From the NCBI GenBank assembly GCA_903959355.1, contig CAJBWJ010000025.1, positions 1-62,864 on the forward strand: DNA of 62,864 bases. The letters run 5' to 3'. The DNA comes from an uncultured bacterium (GTDB lineage: Bacteria; Patescibacteriota; Microgenomatia; UBA1400; PJMF01). The notes beneath the pieces are model-generated. The model saw only the letters and a program-made list of their open reading frames with translations. It did no database searches and was not told the origin of the DNA. Below are positions 30,401-36,400 of the stretch, in pieces. Made by a program: the position numbers and the translations under genes. Numbering within the stretch: the stretch's first letter is position 1; each line of letters opens with the position of its first letter.

Positions 30401-33400
30401 TCATTTTCTGCCTGAATTACATCTACTTGTTTTGCAAGAGCTTCCATAGCAGCAAGCAATTCTTGCTGTTTTTTGTTGGCTTTAGTTTTTTGAAGTTCTT
30501 GATTTAATTTATTAATTTCATCAGCCACAGCTTGCATCTCTGCTGCTTTTTCCAATAAAGCGTCTGCTTTTATCTGTAAAGCTGTATTGTCAATTTCTGC
30601 TTTATTATCAGTCATGAAAGCTTGCTCATTGAAACTATCAGACCAAGCAACTGGAAGATTGGCTAATGAAGCGGCACTCACAGTAAAAGTACCACCTCTC
30701 TCTGAATTGACAAAGAAACTCTTGATTCCATCAGTTCGATAGTTATCAGCTAATTGTTCTGTAGTTTTAGCTTTTGCCGCAGCATCTATAGCAGTTTGGT
30801 CAGCTTGAGCTGCTTTTAAATTTTTAATTTGTTGATCTATAGCGTCTTTTTCTGCTGGTTCTGTAGCGGCGCCAAGCTGTTCAATGAGTTTTTCTATTTG
30901 AGCTTGGTAACCTGCAGCAATCGCTGTTTTATTATCTTCAACAGCAGCAGCATTTTCAGCTAAAAGCTTTTCTTCATCAACTGCACCATTCCACAAGTTG
31001 GAGGCAAATGTGGCAAAACCAATATTTCTAGAAGAATTATTTTGTGACGATTGGTTTGAGCTGTTGTTATTTGTGGTGGTGTTTCTAGTATTATTTGTTC
31101 CATTATTAGTTGTGGTGTCACCAGCAGGTCTAACTAGACCAGCTCCACCACCATTAGCATCTGGGCCATCACTACCAGGTCTAACCGGAGCGGCACCTCC
31201 ATCAATATTTCCATCTGTACTAGTTTTACTATTTATTTGAGCTTCACTAGCCGCTCTAGCCATTTCATTTCCGACAACTTCTGGCGCAGAACTCTTATTG
31301 GTAAAGGCAATATTAACACTCTCTAAATGCTTAGAGCTTTGATTAATGAGATCAACAATCTGACGATAAGATGGATTTTCACCAAGAACTTGATATCCTT
31401 CATCGCCACTAAAAGCTAATTTGACTGGATTATTCCCAATAGCACCATCAGCACGTTTGGCCAATAATTTTGCTGGTTCACCACTATTTGCCAACAATCT
31501 AGTTAGCTCAGCATAAGCAGCACCTACTTGAGAGGCAGTCTTTTCTAATTTAGCCTGAGCAGTCATATCATCACTCCCAAGCATATAGTTCATACCTGTA
31601 GTTTCTTTCCATTTCTGCTGAGCAGCCTCAAGTTGAGAAACTATATCGAGATTTGTCTTATAGGAACCAAAGCCCAAGAAACCATCTTTGCCATTTCTAG
31701 CCAAATCAATTAATTCAGCAAAAGTTCCATCAACACTATTTTTGAGCAGAGTTTCTTTGAAACTAACTTCTGCGAGAGCTTCATTAATTGTTTGCAGACG
31801 ACTCATGTCAGCCGTGAAGTTTTCTATACTTGGATCTCTGAGAACACTTGGAGCGTCAAGCCAAACAATATCAATTGGAGCGTGTTTAACTTCATATGCA
31901 CCAGTGCTATTTTTAGTCACTTGAACACGAACACGATTAATACCTTGAGAGAAAGTAGTTTGATCACAACCATTACAAAGTCCAATTGCTCTACTCAAGC
32001 TAACATTATTGGCAGTATCCACACCCACATGAGCACCATACTCATAAAATTTGACATAACGCTCTGAAGTTTTATCTAGATCTGCTGTTCTTGCATTCAT
32101 TGCCTCAGTGCTTGCAAATTCACCAGTTCTAAGCAAAGCTCCACCGCTTATCTGATATTCGATCAATTCTCCATTCGCTCCAACCAATAAAATTTTCTGA
32201 TAAGGAGCACCGGTGTCAGTAATTGTTTTAACTAAATTGGCCAGAGCAGCCTCATTGCTACGAAGTCCAGAGGCCATATTAATGAAAACTTGATTTCTAC
32301 CATCTGCCAAGCGAGCCGTCATCTGATCTTGTAAGTTAGTGAAAACTCTTGAGTTGGTGCCAGCTGGAGGAGCATTAAATCTAGCAATCGAACTATCAAC
32401 TGCTGAATCTGTGAAAACATTTAGCTCAATGCCGTAAGCCATTTTGTAAAGTTTGGCGACTGTTTCAGGAGTACCGGTGTAGAGAGAAAAGCCTCTGCTT
32501 TCTAACATCAAAAGTGCATAGTTGATTTCGCTACCACCTTCACCAACGGTAATTTTATTGATATCAACTTGTCCATTTGCTCCCATGATTCTAGCGCCGA
32601 GACTGTTGTAGAGTAATGATTCGGCAACAGCACTGTAAGAACGGCCACTAGTTCTGCCTTGTTCTCTCGGAGCAATACTACTAACAACTTCTTCTACGCC
32701 GCCAACGGTTTTTTTATTACTAGTTGGACCATAATCTTCTCCAGGCACTCTGGAAAGAAAATTAACTGTTTCGTTAATCATTGCCATTTCAGCACGACGC
32801 TGGTGAACATCTGCATCAGTGCCTCTGGTTAAATAATCATTGATCTGTTGTCTAATGGTTTTTGTATCAGCTGACATATCAAGGCCTGGAATTTTACTTT
32901 GACCGCCCCAAGTCCCCAACCATTCACCAAGCACTTGTTTTTCCAATTCTGGACTAGCAAATTTACCGCCTTTGCCATCACTGGTGCGAGCAATTCCTTC
33001 TGGAACAGATTTACTGTTGCTTAGTTTACTAATTAGATCATTTAAAGTATTAAGTCCTCGACCTGGTAAAAGATTACCATTTTCATCAATTCCTAAAACT
33101 TGTTTTTGAGCATCTGCATAAAGACCAAATTCAGCTTTATCTCTTAGTGCAATTTGAGTTCCAGAAAGTTTATAATTTTCGTTTGGATTGAAAGTCCAGT
33201 CAACTTCGTCGGCATGAACAAAAGAATTTCGCCATTTGCTGCGAAGATTCAAGCCGAGTTTAGTATCGGTGTTTTGCAAATCAAAAGCTACATCTTTGGT
33301 GGTAATTACAAACTTAGCGTTGGCAATTGCTATTGGATCAACACTCGTGTCATTGGCTTTAATAATTACAACACTGCCTTTACCGAATTGAGATTCAACG

Positions 33401-36400
33401 TAATCGATGAAGGCTTTGTTTGGAATTGGATTTTCACCACCAGTCGTCCATGGCTTTGCTAATTTAGCCTCTGGAAAAACCACAAATTGTGGCTGACCAG
33501 TTAAACGCTGTTTTAGCAAAATATTAAAAGGCATCACCACATCAGTTTTACCCATACCAGGCAGTGCTCCAAAAACTGTACCGCGTCGACCTGCACCAAA
33601 AGCTTCTACCTCTGCTAACAAGAAAACATCCTGATCTTTGAAGGTATCAGTTCCACTATAAATTTTGAAAGGACCACCATTTTTCTTAACATCTGCTTGG
33701 GTTTCACTAGATCGTCTAAAGGTTTCAAATGCCTGCAACTCTGTATTTAGAATATCGAGTTGTTTTTGTTTGATGCCGGCAGCTAAGCCAGCGTCTGTGA
33801 CTACGTACTTAGTAAAATCACCAGATTTATCAACAGCTATTACAGCACCATTACCTTTTAAAGGATTTCTAGCAGTTTTTAGTAATTCAGTAACCTCACC
33901 CTCCAATCTAGTTATTTCTACTTGATTAGCTGTAGCATCCTCAGTTTTTAATCTTTCAATTTCTGCCTGTTTGGCAACAATTGCTTCCGCTATATTTAGG
34001 TTGCTTTCACCCATTTTTTTTGCTGCATCTTTCAGATCAGCAATCTGACCTCTAGTTTTAATGCCTGATACAAAATCAGTGATAGTTTGTCTCATGCCTT
34101 TACTTGGATTAGCTGCCGCTTGAGCTAAAAGATATTGCTGGTCGCGTAATTGACGATTTGCATCAGCAAGCTGTTCTCTAAAAGCTTTTGCATCAGCACT
34201 ATCTGCTCCGACGCCAGCCAATTTTGCTCTGAGCGTTTCAGCTTCACGAGTTAAATCTAGAGATTTGTAATAAGCTTCTCTGGTAGACTTACCTGGACTA
34301 AAAAAGTCTGTAATCTTCTTCCAAATTGGACGGCTATCAGCAGAGACTGCATCAGCAATTTGTCTGATGCCGCCAATTTCTGCATCGATAGCATCAAATT
34401 TAACCATTTCAACTTGTAAATCATTTCTTTGAGTTTCTAAGTCAACAACTCTGGCAGTATCTGCTTCGTTTAAAACTCCCTGATTATTTAATCTATTAAT
34501 TTCTGCGCTTAATCCGTCAATTTTTCTGCCAACCTGATCGCTACTATCAACACCAAGGCCAATTAATAATGCTTGTTTTTGACTTTCCAGCGCAGTAACT
34601 TTGGCTAAACTATCCTGCAAAGCAGCGATAGAAGCCAAGCGCTTGGTTTCGTCAGTTTCCAATTTAACTTTAGTGGCATTGGCCTCCAGATCAGTTTGAT
34701 ATTTGGTAACTTGTTCGTTGTCTGGAGCGTACTGCTTAACTAAGCTGGCTTTCTCGACATCATTTTTTAATAAATTCTCATATTCAGAAAAAGCTTCGTT
34801 TTTCTTTGCCACGCTTAAAAGAGCTTCATTCTGAGTTTTGAGTGAATCAACTGCTGAAAGACTTTTTGTTAAATTTTCCAAATCAGCCACTAGGGCAGTT
34901 CTTTTTTGTTGGAGATCAGCGACTTCGCTTTCTGGTAAAAGGACACCTCTTTTAGTAATTTGTTCATCAATTGCAGTGATTTGATCTCTAACAGCAGCGA
35001 TTGCATTTGGCCCTTCTTTAAAAATTTCTATCTGTCCAGCTAAATAAGCTTCTTTTTCTGTTTGAGCAGTTTTTCTAGCGACCTCTGCTTGATCAAGATA
35101 ATTAGCTACTTCTGCTTTTCCAGCAATTCTGGCAGCTTCAACGTCAGCTGCATATTTAGCTTCTGCAGCCTTACCAGCTTCGGCGCTATCTTTTAATTGA
35201 GTTTCTAAGTCAGATGCTACACGAACACTACTAGCCATATAATTTTCAGTTGAATTATCATTGCCAGCAATTCTAAAGTTTGGATTGATGCCCTCAGCCT
35301 GAGCGACTAAATTCGATCTCTGAGCTTGCAAATCATTAATTTGCAATCCCTCTCTCATGCCTTTATTTGGACCATTTAAAGCCAAAACTTCGGCGTCGAT
35401 AGCATCAATTTGTTTTTGAATATCCACAACGTGAGCAGTTTCAATTCCTGCCTTAGCTGCTGCTGTATCTGCTAGATAAGATTTTCTACTACTGGCAATT
35501 TGAGAAACATTTTGACCGGCACTAAGTGCCAAACCTATCCAAGCATTGGTACAATCTTTTTCTGAAAAAGCCCCACTTGAACCATAACAAGCTTGAGCAA
35601 CTTGCTGAGCATCAACTGCTGCGCCAGCTGGAACGTTCATTGCATCTAGCACATAATCAATTTTATTGGTGTAAGAAGTTGGACCAAGCAAACCAAAAGT
35701 GTTGCCAGCAACACCTGAAGCTGCCACAAAGGAACTAATTCCACTCATAATTCCACCACCAATATTGCCTTCTTGAAATGAATTGTAAGAAGAAATTCCA
35801 GAATTAACTGCATTGTAAGAATTCATGGCTATACCACTAACTTGACCTGCTTTAGTTAAAACTTGACCAGAAGTAGCTAAGACATTAGCTGTAGCACCAG
35901 CATTAACTGCGCCAGCAGCACTAGTCAATAAACCACCAACACTAGTCATAGCTGCCACTGCTGAATTAGCCAACATCATGTTGCCTTGCTGATTAAGTGC
36001 ATCCACCTGAGCGCTCAAGTCAGTTTTGACTTTTTCAATCGTTACTTCATCTGCTCCGTTTTCTATGTAAGATTGAACAACTGCGTTTTCTCTAGACTCA
36101 ATATCTATTCTTTGAATTTCTAAGGCTTGAGCCTTCATTCCAGCACCTTGATATAAAGAAAAGGCAGAGGAAGCTATGCCCAGCACAGCTGGAGCGCCGA
36201 CACCACTGATTAACATTGCTGTTAGAACTGGAGCAGCTACCACTGGAGCTACTACTTTTGATAAGCGTTCAAAATCTAATTGCTGACTAGAACGCTGTAT
36301 TTCTGGATCAGTTAAGAACTGCTCATAAGTGGCCTGATCGACTTGATTAATTCCAGCTTTATTGGCATTGGCAATATAATTACTGTAAAGATCATTCTTC

